In this document: positions 1 to 9,996 of the stretch, piece by piece | Layout of the letters: every line of letters begins with the position of its first letter | Numbering within the stretch: the first letter of the stretch is position 1 | Source: a virus | Lineage: Duplodnaviria; Heunggongvirae; Uroviricota; Caudoviricetes | DNA: 64,000 nt | Virus record (IMG/VR): IMGVR_UViG_3300037419_001521 | Direction: 5' to 3' (one strand) | Position numbers and translations under genes: made by a program | The notes under the pieces: generated by a model | Databases searched by the model: none | Seen by the model: only the letters and a program-made list of their open reading frames with translations | What the model was told of the DNA's origin: nothing

Positions 1-12
1 ATCCCGGACTAC

Positions 13-3000
13 ATGCAGATTATCGCTGCTGGTGCGGGACTTGGTCCTGATTATCACCCGAATATTCCGCAGGGTGTTCCGAATGTCCCGGCGGCCCCGA
101 AGCCTGGTGTAGCTCCGGCTATTCCGAGCGGCGCTGCCACGCCTGACAATATGCTGCCTCAGCTGCTCGGTAAAACTCCGGGTCATGCTCGCGGCGGTTT
201 GATCAGCGGCGACGGTACCGATACTTCAGATTCGATTCTGTCGTTCCTGTCTCGGGACGAGTTCGTTACCCGCGCGGCGATGGTACGCAAATACGGCCTC
301 GGGTTCTTCCAGGCACTTAATGCTGGTGCGATCAATCCGGCGACGTTGCCGCGCTTCGCTACTGGCGGTGCTGTCGGTGGTGCTACGGCTGCGACCGGTC
401 CGGTTTCGGATTCGCAGGTGATTCAGCTTCTGCCGATGCAATTGACGCAGATGCAGGACACGATCAGTCAATTGGCGCGTCAGCTTCCGGCCGAGTTCCA
501 GAAGATGTACGACGCGATCGAATCCGGCACGACCAAAGCGCAGGACAAGATCGGCACCGACTGGACCGATTCCACGAACGCCTGGAAAGACACGGTGGGC
601 AATAAGTTCACCGGCGACACCGGCAAGTTGTGGGAGAAGTTCTGGAGCGATTCGCACGACACCGCGAAAACCCAGCAGGAAAAGATCGGCACCGAATGGG
701 CTGACAGCATCCTGCACTGGAGCGGCCTGATCGATACGCAAGTTATCAGCGGCCTCGGCGGGCAGTGGACCACGTTCTGGAATCAGACCAACGACACCGC
801 GAAACAGCAGCAGGATCGGATCAATTCCGGTTTCCGCGACAATCTCGCGACAGGCCTGAGGAATTCCACGGTCGGACTCGTTGCCGACGTCAATACCGAA
901 TGGTCGAAGATCGAAGGCGTATTCGCGCGGCCGGTCAACGCGATCATCGGTGTCTGGAATCAGAGCGTCGTCGGTGCTGTGCCCGGTTTGCAGCCGATGA
1001 CTCCGATTCCCGGTTTCGCCAACGGCGGCCAGCCTGACGGTTCTCCCGGCTACATCAACGGCATGGGCGGCTCTCGCGAGGATAAGCACGTCGTTGCTGT
1101 CTCCAACCGCGAGTACATCGTCAACGCCGAAGCCACGAGTCGCAACCGCGCTGTTCTGGATGCGATCAACTTCGGCGGCGAGCGCGCTGTGGTTCCGGCT
1201 TACGGGCTGGGCGGCATGACGATGGCCCACGAAGCGCCCGAGGTCCCCGGATTCTCGTTGGGCGGCATCGCTTTCCGGCACCTGCGCAAGGCTGCTGGAC
1301 TGCACTTCGCAGACGGTGGCGCTACTGATGGTTCGTCGCAGGCGGCTGTCACTCGCGCGTTGAGCTGGGCTTCGGCCCTGTCGGGTCAGCCGTACAACGC
1401 CGAGGGGTGGTTGGACTGCTCGGGCTTCATCTCGGGTGTCTACGACATGCTGCTCGGTCGCTCTCCGCACCGGGAATTCACGACGGTCGACAACTTCCGC
1501 GCGCTCGGGTTCGTGCCCGGCCGTGGCGGCATCATGGACATCGGCGTGACCCCGCTGCCTGGCAATGCTGGTCACATGGCCGCGACTCTGGCTGGGCATC
1601 GGCTCGAATCCGGCGGATCGCACGGCAACATCATGGTCGACGGTAGTGCTGTGGGCGCTGACTCCGGTCAGTTCTCCGATCACTACTACCTGCCTGGTGA
1701 GCTGTTCAGCCCGCCGTATACCGGTCCTGGGTCGAACGGCGAGGGTGGGCCGTCCGGCTCGTTTGTCGGCATGCTCGGCGGCGCTGTGACGGCTCTGGGT
1801 ACCGGTGTGCAGAACCTGTTTTCAAGCATGTTCCAGCAGATGACCGACCCGATTCTGTCGGGTATTCCAGATGTGCAGGGCGCTGGCGCTTTCCCGAAGG
1901 CGATGGCTACCAAGGTCCGGGATGCGCTGATCGGCGGAATCAAGGGCCAAGAGGCCACGATGCTGCTCGGCGGCACGATCCCGCAGGGTATGCACAAAGA
2001 GATCATCGACAAAGCCCTGGCGCTGACCAATACTCCCCCTCCCGGCTCGATCGAGGAGTGGGAGCGCGGTCTGGAAACGTTGATCACGCGGGAAAGCAAC
2101 TGGAACACCTCCGCGATCAATAATTGGGACTCCAACGCTGCTGCGGGTAATCCGTCGAAGGGTCTGGCGCAGACCACCGGCACGACATTCGACGCGTACA
2201 AGGTTGCTGGTCACGACAATATCTACGAAGGTGTGGATAACGTCGCGGCGGCGATCAACTACATCAAAGCGCGCTACGGCTCGATTTCGAATGTCCAGCA
2301 GGCTAATGCGAATATGCCCCCGGCGGGTTACGCGAACGGCACGAACAACGCCAAGAAGGGTTGGGCGTTCGTCGGCGAAAAGGGCGTCGAGCTGGTGAAT
2401 TTCGCTGGCGGCGAGACTGTTATTCCACACGAGCTGGTGCAGAAGTTGCCTCTTCAGGACAACAATGCGATGCAGCAGTTCGGGTTCGGTCCGGGCCAGC
2501 AGAATCAAACCCCCGGTTCTGCGACACCTCCGTTCGATCCGGCGCAGCTGGCGGCTCAGTCGCAATTGCAGGCCAACGCGGCCGGATTGAATTTCTTGCA
2601 GACCAGTGCCGAGGAGAACTTCCGTGGTGCGACCGGTCAGAGTTTGTTCAATTCCGATGGGTTCATTCCGGCGATCTTCAAAACCGTTCCGGGATACATG
2701 CTGAACTTGATGCAGTGGCAGCAGTCCGGTCAGCTCGGTAGGCCGTATTCGGCGCTGTCGAACGCGATCGGGTCTCAGTTGGCGGCACCGCCGACGAATC
2801 CGCTCGATCCGGGCCAGCAGGGCGTTCCGACGAATCCGCAGGGTCAGGGTCCGACGTCGATCAACCCGAACATTCCGGGTCAGCTGCGTACCGATCTGCT
2901 CAACGAGCAGAAAAACCCGGCCGATCCTGGTCAGCAAGGGGTTCCGGTCGCTCCGCAAGGTCAGCCGCCGACGAACGTGGACCCGTTGCATCCCGCGCTT

Positions 3001-3111
3001 CGGCCGGTGGATGTGCATTTCCACGTCGCGGATATGCAGGACGCGTTGCGGCAGTGGCGTCAGCATCAGCGCGAGCAGAGCCTCGGGTTCGACCCGTTCG
3101 GCGATCTGTAA
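13..3111 (+). CDS. tail tape measure protein (5' end outside window)
   Basis: 1032-aa ORF open at the window start. Repetitive Gln/Gly/Ala-rich text. Embedded NlpC/P60-like motif WLDCSGFISGVYD and transglycosylase-like motif GLAQTTGTTFDAY...AAINYIKARYG. Followed directly by tail genes. Confidence 0.85.
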   Translation: MQIIAAGAGLGPDYHPNIPQGVPNVPAAPKPGVAPAIPSGAATPDNMLPQLLGKTPGHARGGLISGDGTDTSDSILSFLSRDEFVTRAAMVRKYGLGFFQALNAGAINPATLPRFATGGAVGGATAATGPVSDSQVIQLLPMQLTQMQDTISQLARQLPAEFQKMYDAIESGTTKAQDKIGTDWTDSTNAWKDTVGNKFTGDTGKLWEKFWSDSHDTAKTQQEKIGTEWADSILHWSGLIDTQVISGLGGQWTTFWNQTNDTAKQQQDRINSGFRDNLATGLRNSTVGLVADVNTEWSKIEGVFARPVNAIIGVWNQSVVGAVPGLQPMTPIPGFANGGQPDGSPGYINGMGGSREDKHVVAVSNREYIVNAEATSRNRAVLDAINFGGERAVVPAYGLGGMTMAHEAPEVPGFSLGGIAFRHLRKAAGLHFADGGATDGSSQAAVTRALSWASALSGQPYNAEGWLDCSGFISGVYDMLLGRSPHREFTTVDNFRALGFVPGRGGIMDIGVTPLPGNAGHMAATLAGHRLESGGSHGNIMVDGSAVGADSGQFSDHYYLPGELFSPPYTGPGSNGEGGPSGSFVGMLGGAVTALGTGVQNLFSSMFQQMTDPILSGIPDVQGAGAFPKAMATKVRDALIGGIKGQEATMLLGGTIPQGMHKEIIDKALALTNTPPPGSIEEWERGLETLITRESNWNTSAINNWDSNAAAGNPSKGLAQTTGTTFDAYKVAGHDNIYEGVDNVAAAINYIKARYGSISNVQQANANMPPAGYANGTNNAKKGWAFVGEKGVELVNFAGGETVIPHELVQKLPLQDNNAMQQFGFGPGQQNQTPGSATPPFDPAQLAAQSQLQANAAGLNFLQTSAEENFRGATGQSLFNSDGFIPAIFKTVPGYMLNLMQWQQSGQLGRPYSALSNAIGSQLAAPPTNPLDPGQQGVPTNPQGQGPTSINPNIPGQLRTDLLNEQKNPADPGQQGVPVAPQGQPPTNVDPLHPALRPVDVHFHVADMQDALRQWRQHQREQSLGFDPFGDL

Positions 3112-3189
3112 CAACACAATCGAGAAAGGGCTCTTTCGTTCACTCACCGTGGATGGAGGAGCCCTTTCTTTGTGCCTGAAAGGTAATCA

Positions 3190-4128
3190 ATGGCCCCGCC
3201 TCCAGAAAAGCTCGAGATTTATTACGACGCTCCGGACGGTAAGCGCTACCACATCTCGGGCGGCGATCTCGAAGGCGCGGAAGGTATCCGTTTGGCGAAT
3301 CAGAGTCTCGGCACGATGTTCGAAGATCTTTTCGAGTCGCCGATCGATACGATTTATCAGTCGACAGCTTTCGAGGTCGGTGGCCGGTTCGGTGGTTTGC
3401 GCGAGAATATGTTCGAATTCGCGCTCGCTTTCAATGTCCGGGCGACCGGCGATACCGCGTGGCGGATCAACAACTCGCGGTTCCGGAAGTCGTTGAATTA
3501 CAAGCAAGACGGCAAGCTGTGGGTGAAGATCGTCGGCGAGTCGACGCGATACCTGTCGGTGCGGATGCAGAAGACGCCGAAGCTGAAGGTTCAGACCGAC
3601 CCGAACGAACGCCGCTACGGGCTGCTGCTGGTCAATTTCGTCGCGGCGTATCCGCGCTGGGTCGAAGACGACTGGACGCAAACGTACACGACGACGATGA
3701 ACACCACCTCCGGCGGCACCGAGACAACGCATTTCACGGCGTGGAACCCGACCAACAATGAATGCTGGATGAAGTGGTTTCTCCAAGCGGGAAATACCGG
3801 CGTGGTGTACACATTGCCGGATTTCTCGTGGGGTGACGATCGTTTCAATCGGGCCACCGAGGATGCGTCGCGGATGATCATCATGCCTGCGCTCAACAAC
3901 GGTGAGAACGTCGTGGTCGATACCGACGATTTGACGATGGCCGGTCAGGTCAACTCCAGTCTCGATACAGCGGTGTATCTGCGGATGAACGGCGTGGAGT
4001 TTCTGTACCCGTTGCCCGCGTATACCGAGCCGACGCAAATCCCAGTCGCTATCACCGGTTCTCTGCCGGGTAATCAGATTCAGCTTCGGTGCCCGCGCAC
4101 CTGGTCCAGCCCGTGGGGATTGGAGTAG
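3190..4128 (+). CDS. distal tail protein-like minor tail protein
   Basis: 312-aa ORF immediately after the tape measure gene (the usual Dit position). No specific motif recognised. Confidence 0.5.
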   Translation: MAPPPEKLEIYYDAPDGKRYHISGGDLEGAEGIRLANQSLGTMFEDLFESPIDTIYQSTAFEVGGRFGGLRENMFEFALAFNVRATGDTAWRINNSRFRKSLNYKQDGKLWVKIVGESTRYLSVRMQKTPKLKVQTDPNERRYGLLLVNFVAAYPRWVEDDWTQTYTTTMNTTSGGTETTHFTAWNPTNNECWMKWFLQAGNTGVVYTLPDFSWGDDRFNRATEDASRMIIMPALNNGENVVVDTDDLTMAGQVNSSLDTAVYLRMNGVEFLYPLPAYTEPTQIPVAITGSLPGNQIQLRCPRTWSSPWGLE

Positions 4129-4130
4129 CG

Positions 4131-5885
4131 ATGCCGATCAAGCCGACGATCATCAGGACACCTCCCGGTGCGGCGCGCAGATATCGCACAGAAGCCGCCG
4201 GTGCGCGCAAGCCTATCAAACACGGCAGTACGCGTGCTACTACGCCGACCGTTACGCATATCGATGTCGAGACCGAATACTGGAATATCGTCAATCGTCT
4301 CAAAGGCGAGCGTGAGAAGCGGGTCAATCCTCCGCTGGTGCGCCTCTGGGACGGTAACTGGGTCCTTCGCGGGCGTGTCGCTCACGCGTATACAGCGTCG
4401 TTTCAAGAGATCGACTGCGAGACCGGCGTGGGCAAGCTCGAGATGCCTAAAGACTACTATCTGTCGCAGTGGGTGGTAGACCATGATGGTCGTACGACCA
4501 AGAATATCCACGTCACCGTCGACAAAGATGGCGTCCGTTGGTCCGGCCGTATGGACCGGTACGAAATCGAGAAAACAAACGACGGTAAAGTTGTAATTCG
4601 AGTAATCTTCAAACACGATTACGAAGAATTCAAACACATCCTTTGTTGGGCAAATCCTTTCCTGCCTGCGGAAATACAATTCCCCAGATTGTGGATTCTA
4701 TTCGGACCCGCTAAATGGGCACTTAAAACAACGCTTTTCTGCAATATTCTCCGCCTCGAAGCGTCATTGTTTATGCTGCCCGACGATCCCATGGATGCAC
4801 GCCAGTGGTTCAATTTGGATCAAAGCACGTGGAGTATGGTCGTCAAGCCCGATACAGCGGCCGATAATTCTGTTTTCGGAATTGTTTTGTCGAGGTTCAA
4901 AGACTTCCACACCGTCGCGAAGAACACCCTTGAAGATGCCCAGCTCACGCCTACTTTCCGGCGATGGCTGACCGGCGATCCTCCCGCGTGGGAAGGCGCT
5001 AATCTCCGGCACGGCTGCTTGGTCATCGACATCGAAGACAAATCCGCCTGGACGACCGGTACTTCGGGTGGTGGAGACATTTTCTCCGGCCTTTTGTACT
5101 GGCTGCAAGGATTCGACGCCAACGGTTTCAACTCCGATGGTACGACGCCTGTCGCAGACCCCGCGTGGCCGGGCGAATACTACGAACCGGGATGGAAAGG
5201 CGTCCTGCCTCAGGCGCCTGCTCTGATCTACCGCGAAGGCGAGCACACCGGCATTCAAACGAGCCTTTTCACGGGCTCTCCACCGAAGGACGTCCAGCAC
5301 GTAACCGGTGGCCACTCAATGCCCGGTTTGAATGAATTGATATCCGCAGTGATAAATATGAGCGGGGATATCATCGCTGCAATGATCGGGGTCCCGCCAA
5401 TTGGCGGCATGCTCGATTCTTTGCTCAAACCGTTATATACCGATGTGTTCCTCGCATTTATGGCCTGGAAAGATATCGACCGCGCTCAGAGTCTCGGTTT
5501 CAGCCATTATCGCGAACGTTTCGCAGGCGATCCCGGTCGCGCATACAGTATTTCCGCCCTGCTCATGCTCCGCGCTTCTCTGTGGGCTACTCGCGAGACA
5601 TTCACGCATAAATTGACCGTCCTCGACGGGATGCCGTGGATTGTCGGGCAGCAGGGTTTCGGTCAGTTCTACATCGGTGACCGAATCGGTTCTACGGTGC
5701 GCGGAACTCCGCTCGGAAAGATCTACATCGACCGCGTTTCGGAAATCACCCTGCATTGGGATCGCAAGACCGCGCCGACGTGGGACATCACTATCGGTCA
5801 GCGCAAACCGTTCGATCCCGTCGCGAAAGCCTTCGAGCGCATCCAAGAGCTGATGGGCGCTATCCATGAACTCGGCGTGTGGTAA
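4131..5885 (+). CDS. minor tail protein (Tal-like, tail tip)
   Basis: Long ORF following the Dit-like gene. Start placed at ATG 4131 (MPIKPT), which sits 3 nt after the upstream stop with a GGAG-like RBS. Confidence 0.55.
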   Translation: MPIKPTIIRTPPGAARRYRTEAAGARKPIKHGSTRATTPTVTHIDVETEYWNIVNRLKGEREKRVNPPLVRLWDGNWVLRGRVAHAYTASFQEIDCETGVGKLEMPKDYYLSQWVVDHDGRTTKNIHVTVDKDGVRWSGRMDRYEIEKTNDGKVVIRVIFKHDYEEFKHILCWANPFLPAEIQFPRLWILFGPAKWALKTTLFCNILRLEASLFMLPDDPMDARQWFNLDQSTWSMVVKPDTAADNSVFGIVLSRFKDFHTVAKNTLEDAQLTPTFRRWLTGDPPAWEGANLRHGCLVIDIEDKSAWTTGTSGGGDIFSGLLYWLQGFDANGFNSDGTTPVADPAWPGEYYEPGWKGVLPQAPALIYREGEHTGIQTSLFTGSPPKDVQHVTGGHSMPGLNELISAVINMSGDIIAAMIGVPPIGGMLDSLLKPLYTDVFLAFMAWKDIDRAQSLGFSHYRERFAGDPGRAYSISALLMLRASLWATRETFTHKLTVLDGMPWIVGQQGFGQFYIGDRIGSTVRGTPLGKIYIDRVSEITLHWDRKTAPTWDITIGQRKPFDPVAKAFERIQELMGAIHELGVW

Positions 5886-5936
5886 TTCCGAAACCGTCAA
5901 TTGTTTAGCCTAACTAATATTTAGATTGGCCCGCTT

Positions 5937-6296
5937 ATGCACGAAAGTATCCACCCCGGCGTGCGCACCGGAAATGATTTGACGCTCGGCGAACGCGTAG
6001 CCGACACCGCAGTCAACGGAATGGGTAGCTGGGCATTCATCGGTATTCAGACGGTCATCGTCATCGCCTGGATAGTGCTGAATCTGATCGCCTGGCGATA
6101 CCGCTGGGACCCCTACCCGTTCATCCTTCTGAACCTCGCGTTTTCCACTCAGGCGGCGTACGCGGCTCCGCTGGTTCTTCTCGCCGGTCGCAGGCAGGAC
6201 ACCCGCAGCCAGGAAATCGCCCGCCATGACCTGGAAACCGACCTGGACACCAACGCGGTCGTCCGAAAAATCGCGGCGAAGCTGGAGGTCGAGTAA
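5937..6296 (+). CDS. DUF1003-like small membrane protein
   Basis: GSWAFIG...WDPYPFILLNLAFSTQAAYAAPLVLL..RRQ pattern typical of the DUF1003 family. Two predicted TM segments. Sits between tail genes. Confidence 0.55.
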   Translation: MHESIHPGVRTGNDLTLGERVADTAVNGMGSWAFIGIQTVIVIAWIVLNLIAWRYRWDPYPFILLNLAFSTQAAYAAPLVLLAGRRQDTRSQEIARHDLETDLDTNAVVRKIAAKLEVE

Positions 6297-6776
6297 ATGG
6301 AATCGAAACGGCGGTTCACCCAGCAAGGCGACTGCGACCCCGCAGATCCTGAAGAGCATTTCTTGTGGGCGCTGACGCAAATTCAGATGGGTCAGTACGA
6401 AGTCATGCCGATCCAGCCGAACACCGCACGCACGATCAGTAAACATCTGCACGAACTCGGTTTCCGGCATCACCCCAAGCTCCAGAAAAAGAAGCTTCAG
6501 ATGCCGGTCCGAGGCCAGCAGAGCGCTTACAACGGCTTGGCTCGATGGGTGCCGATGGAGGCCGACGAACCCGATCCGATGGTACTGCCGGACGTAAGGG
6601 GCATGACGTCGGAAGAGCGCGAATGGATCACCCAGGAACTCAAAGACGTCGGGCATATCACCGACCCGCCGCCGGATATCGGCCCTGTCGCCCGCGTGAC
6701 GTCATGGGAGGACTTGCAGGTTCTGTCGCAGCGCGTGACTACAGCCGAGGCGGTACTTCGCGATGACAGCGCCTAA
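6297..6776 (+). CDS. hypothetical protein (possible moron inside the tail module)
   Basis: 159-aa ORF with a 1-nt gap to the upstream gene. No motif recognised. Confidence 0.45.
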   Translation: MESKRRFTQQGDCDPADPEEHFLWALTQIQMGQYEVMPIQPNTARTISKHLHELGFRHHPKLQKKKLQMPVRGQQSAYNGLARWVPMEADEPDPMVLPDVRGMTSEEREWITQELKDVGHITDPPPDIGPVARVTSWEDLQVLSQRVTTAEAVLRDDSA

Positions 6777-8439
6777 TCAACCGCCTCCGTCCGGCAACTT
6801 CATCTACGCCTACGGTCTCGACCCCTCGGGTGATCAAAGCGTCAGCCACCAGCAGACCGACTGGACCACTCAGACCATTCAATCCGCGCTCGGTGCGGCG
6901 GGAGGTATTACCGGATCGTGGACGAATGCGCAGAACACCCACGCGCAGATCGTTTCTCAGCCGCTGCTCGACAACGCGAATCAGATCGGGCAATCGGCGA
7001 CCACGCTGACCAATCACGAAAACCGCATTCACCGGCTCGAAGACGGCAGCCAGATCGCGGTCTATTACAGCAACGACACCTGGCATAAGCCGAGCGGATT
7101 CACTTACCACCACGTGCATTGCATAGGTGGTTCCGGTGGCGGTCAGGGCGGTCAGGACGCCGGGCCTTTCCAATCCGCTACCGGTACATGCTACGGCGGT
7201 CAGGGCGGCGGTCAGGGCGGTTATCAGATCACCGATTTCGCTGACGCCGACCTGCCGCTGTCTTCGTATTCGATTTCGATCGGCACCGGCGGCTTCGGCG
7301 CGTACGCGTATCTGTCCGATAATTTCCAGCGCGCCGACAACACCGCGTTGGGTGCGTATTGGCGCAACGACTCCGGCGACTCCGGATATCAAGCCGCGAT
7401 CATGAGCAATCGAGCCGAGGCCGGTGTCGTTCCGAGTCCCGGATTCGTCAGCTCCAACCGCATCATCACCTTCCTGAGCACCTACACCGCCGCCGAGCTA
7501 CTGACCGACAACTACGTGGTCACGGCTCAGGTCACGACACCGGTGCGCGGCGAAGCAACCAACCTCGGTTCATTCACCGGCGTGTATATCGCGGCCCCCA
7601 GCACCTACGGCAGCTCGACGAAGTGGGTGGGTTTCGCCGCGTCGGCAACTCGCGGTAGCGCCATGATCACCCAGACCGGAACGCCGGACCTCCAATCGGA
7701 CGGGCAGACGTCGGTCGCGACCTCGACGACCAATATCGCTGACGGCCAGACGATCGCTTTGCGCCGCAACGGCAATGTCTTCACCGGGTTCATCAACGGC
7801 AATCAAGTCTGTCAGTGGACCGACACCGGCAACACCGTGTCCAGCGGGGCCGGGTATCGCCACTTCGGCATCTTGCTGCAAGGCGTGACCTCCGAAGACA
7901 GCCACGGCACCGTAGCCGCGCAGCTGGACTCCCCCGCGATCTCGCAGATCATCGCATCCGACCTCGACGCCACAGCCGGTACGGCAACCACGTTCTCCGG
8001 CGGCGCGGTCACGGTCACCGGCGGTGGTGGCTCTGCGGGGTCGGTGTTCGGCGCGTCCGGTCCAGCAGCGGCCGGTTCCGGCAATCAGACCACGCTCAAC
8101 GCAGGCGGTGGTACGGGTGGCTCGAGTGCGAGTGTTCCCGGCCAGGCCGGTGGTAATGGCGCGGGCTCTACCGGTGGTGCGGGTGGTGTGAATCCCGGCG
8201 ACCCCGGCCACGACGGTGCGAACCTGCCGACCGGTTCATACGGGCCGGGTGCTGGCGGTGGTGGCGGTGCGGGCAGTACGTCAACCAGCGCTGAAGGCGG
8301 TAAAGGCGGTAACGGCGGTTTCCCCGGTGGTGGTGGAGCTGGCGGTGGCGGCACACCCGCGAAGACGAAAAATCCCGGCGGCGGCGGCAATGGCAATGCC
8401 GGATATTGCGTCGTCATCTCCAACAACAGCGCGACATAA
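6763..8439 (+). CDS. glycine-rich minor tail / tail fibre protein
   Basis: 558 aa. C-terminal third is almost pure Gly-rich repeats (GGGGSAGS.., GGNGAGSTGGAGG..), typical of actinophage minor tail proteins. Confidence 0.7.
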   Translation: MTAPNQPPPSGNFIYAYGLDPSGDQSVSHQQTDWTTQTIQSALGAAGGITGSWTNAQNTHAQIVSQPLLDNANQIGQSATTLTNHENRIHRLEDGSQIAVYYSNDTWHKPSGFTYHHVHCIGGSGGGQGGQDAGPFQSATGTCYGGQGGGQGGYQITDFADADLPLSSYSISIGTGGFGAYAYLSDNFQRADNTALGAYWRNDSGDSGYQAAIMSNRAEAGVVPSPGFVSSNRIITFLSTYTAAELLTDNYVVTAQVTTPVRGEATNLGSFTGVYIAAPSTYGSSTKWVGFAASATRGSAMITQTGTPDLQSDGQTSVATSTTNIADGQTIALRRNGNVFTGFINGNQVCQWTDTGNTVSSGAGYRHFGILLQGVTSEDSHGTVAAQLDSPAISQIIASDLDATAGTATTFSGGAVTVTGGGGSAGSVFGASGPAAAGSGNQTTLNAGGGTGGSSASVPGQAGGNGAGSTGGAGGVNPGDPGHDGANLPTGSYGPGAGGGGGAGSTSTSAEGGKGGNGGFPGGGGAGGGGTPAKTKNPGGGGNGNAGYCVVISNNSAT

Positions 8440-8447
8440 GGACTCCT

Positions 8448-8834
8448 GTGCAGAAAAAGATTGCGCGCCTGCATATCGAAGACGTTCAAGGTTACGGCAG
8501 TTACGCGCGCTGCTACGAATTGACGCCACCTATTTTCGACGGCGGGCTCGGCTATAAGTTCATGACAATCGTCGTTCATCCGAAACGCGAGCACGCCGAC
8601 GCTGAAGTGTTCGTTTTCTACGCGAACCATCTCGGGCTTCCGGCGGAGTTGTCGATGAAACGTCGCGGCGGGTCCTTCACTCCTTTGGGTTGTCCTCACG
8701 AAGCCGGTCAGCATTACCTCGACGGATGTTTCGTGTGGGCGCTGGCCTCCAATGGGTACGAAATCGAAGGCTACGGCTACAAAGCGCTTCCGGACGGCCT
8801 GGATTACGACCCGGATGACCTTCCTGATTATTGA
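8448..8834 (+). CDS. hypothetical protein (tail-associated)
   Basis: Start placed at GTG 8448 after an AAGGA RBS, just past the upstream stop. Stop overlaps the endolysin start. Confidence 0.45.
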   Translation: MQKKIARLHIEDVQGYGSYARCYELTPPIFDGGLGYKFMTIVVHPKREHADAEVFVFYANHLGLPAELSMKRRGGSFTPLGCPHEAGQHYLDGCFVWALASNGYEIEGYGYKALPDGLDYDPDDLPDY

Positions 8835-9994
8835 TGCACAACCTGGCGCTTATCGGATTGATTCTCGTTTCCGGCGTCGGGTCGGTTGTCGCGGCTATGT
8901 CCGTGGTCAGCATTCTCCAGCTCTACGACTGGATTTACGAACGTCTTTCTCCTCCAGAAGATTTATACGACAAAGGTGACATCATGGCTGTCCAGCCTAC
9001 ATATACCGAACTCGACCGGATGGGCAATTCTTGCGATTCCCGGTACGGCGCTCGGATCACCAATTTCCTGCTCCACACCGAAGAGGGCAATTCCACCGCC
9101 GAAGGTCTTGCCGCGTTCTGCAACAACACCGGCAACGGCGCGTCCTACCATTACACCGTCCGTAACGGAATCGTCTGCGACGTCGTGGATACCGATTACG
9201 CGAGCTGGTCGGTCGGTGACGCTAATTCCTACACCATCAATTTGTGTTTCGCCGGTTCTCGCGCGGCATGGAGTCGTGACCAGTGGCTGGCTATTTCCGG
9301 TGATTTGCAGATCGCTGCGTGGCTAGCGGTTCAGGATTGCAAGAAGTACGGCATCTCGACCGCTGTGATCGCGCCTCCGTACCACCGCGCGGACGGTATT
9401 TCCGACCATCGGTACGTCACCGACATCATCGGCTGGGGCACGCACACCGACGTCGGCGACAATTTCCCGTGGGACGTCTTCACCGGCTACGTCAACGGGT
9501 ACGTCAATCCCGGCCCGGTCCCGAACGCGATCAACGACAAAGCCGCGCAGGCTAGTTGGCTCGGTACTCGGATCACCGCTGGCGAAGGTGTCTGCCCCGA
9601 CAAGGTCGGCCGGTACGCGCAATTCCAGAACGGATACGTGTATTGGAGCCCGGCCACCGGCGCGCACACCGTCCCGAATTCCCTTTTCGGCAAATGGGCG
9701 ACATTGAAGTGGGAGGCCGGTCTGCTCGGTTACCCGATTCTCGACAACGCGGTAGTGACCGGCGGCGAATGCCAAGCCTTTCAGGACGGCTGCCTCTACC
9801 ACGAAGACGGTAAGCCTGTCGTCGCTGTCCACGGCGCGATTCTGAATTCGTGGGCGAAGGCCGGTTACGAAAAGTCTCCGCTCGGCTGGCCGATTACCGA
9901 TGAAACTCCGTTCGGCGACGGCGTCGTGCAGCAGTTCGACCACGGAAAGATTTATTGGAGCCCGTCGGGCATTGTGACGATCAAGGATCAGTAG
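8831..9994 (+). CDS. endolysin: N-acetylmuramoyl-L-alanine amidase (PGRP/Amidase_2-like) with two C-terminal LGFP repeats; possible SAR N-terminus
   Basis: Amidase_2-like segment (ITNFLLHTEEGNS..SYHYTV..). Two LGFP repeats (LGYPILD.., PLGWPITDE..). N-terminal 30 aa are Gly/Ala/Ser-rich and hydrophobic (LALIGLILVSGVGSVVAAMSVVSIL). Alternative start ATG 8983 has an AAGGTG RBS. Confidence 0.75.
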   Translation: MMHNLALIGLILVSGVGSVVAAMSVVSILQLYDWIYERLSPPEDLYDKGDIMAVQPTYTELDRMGNSCDSRYGARITNFLLHTEEGNSTAEGLAAFCNNTGNGASYHYTVRNGIVCDVVDTDYASWSVGDANSYTINLCFAGSRAAWSRDQWLAISGDLQIAAWLAVQDCKKYGISTAVIAPPYHRADGISDHRYVTDIIGWGTHTDVGDNFPWDVFTGYVNGYVNPGPVPNAINDKAAQASWLGTRITAGEGVCPDKVGRYAQFQNGYVYWSPATGAHTVPNSLFGKWATLKWEAGLLGYPILDNAVVTGGECQAFQDGCLYHEDGKPVVAVHGAILNSWAKAGYEKSPLGWPITDETPFGDGVVQQFDHGKIYWSPSGIVTIKDQ

Positions 9995-9996
9995 TA

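Noticed and set aside
226-3147. Long minus-strand ORFs (226-1683, 1822-3147 and others) antisense to the tape measure gene
   Set aside because: These are typical antisense artefacts of high-GC DNA. The plus-strand tape measure ORF is continuous and carries recognisable motifs.
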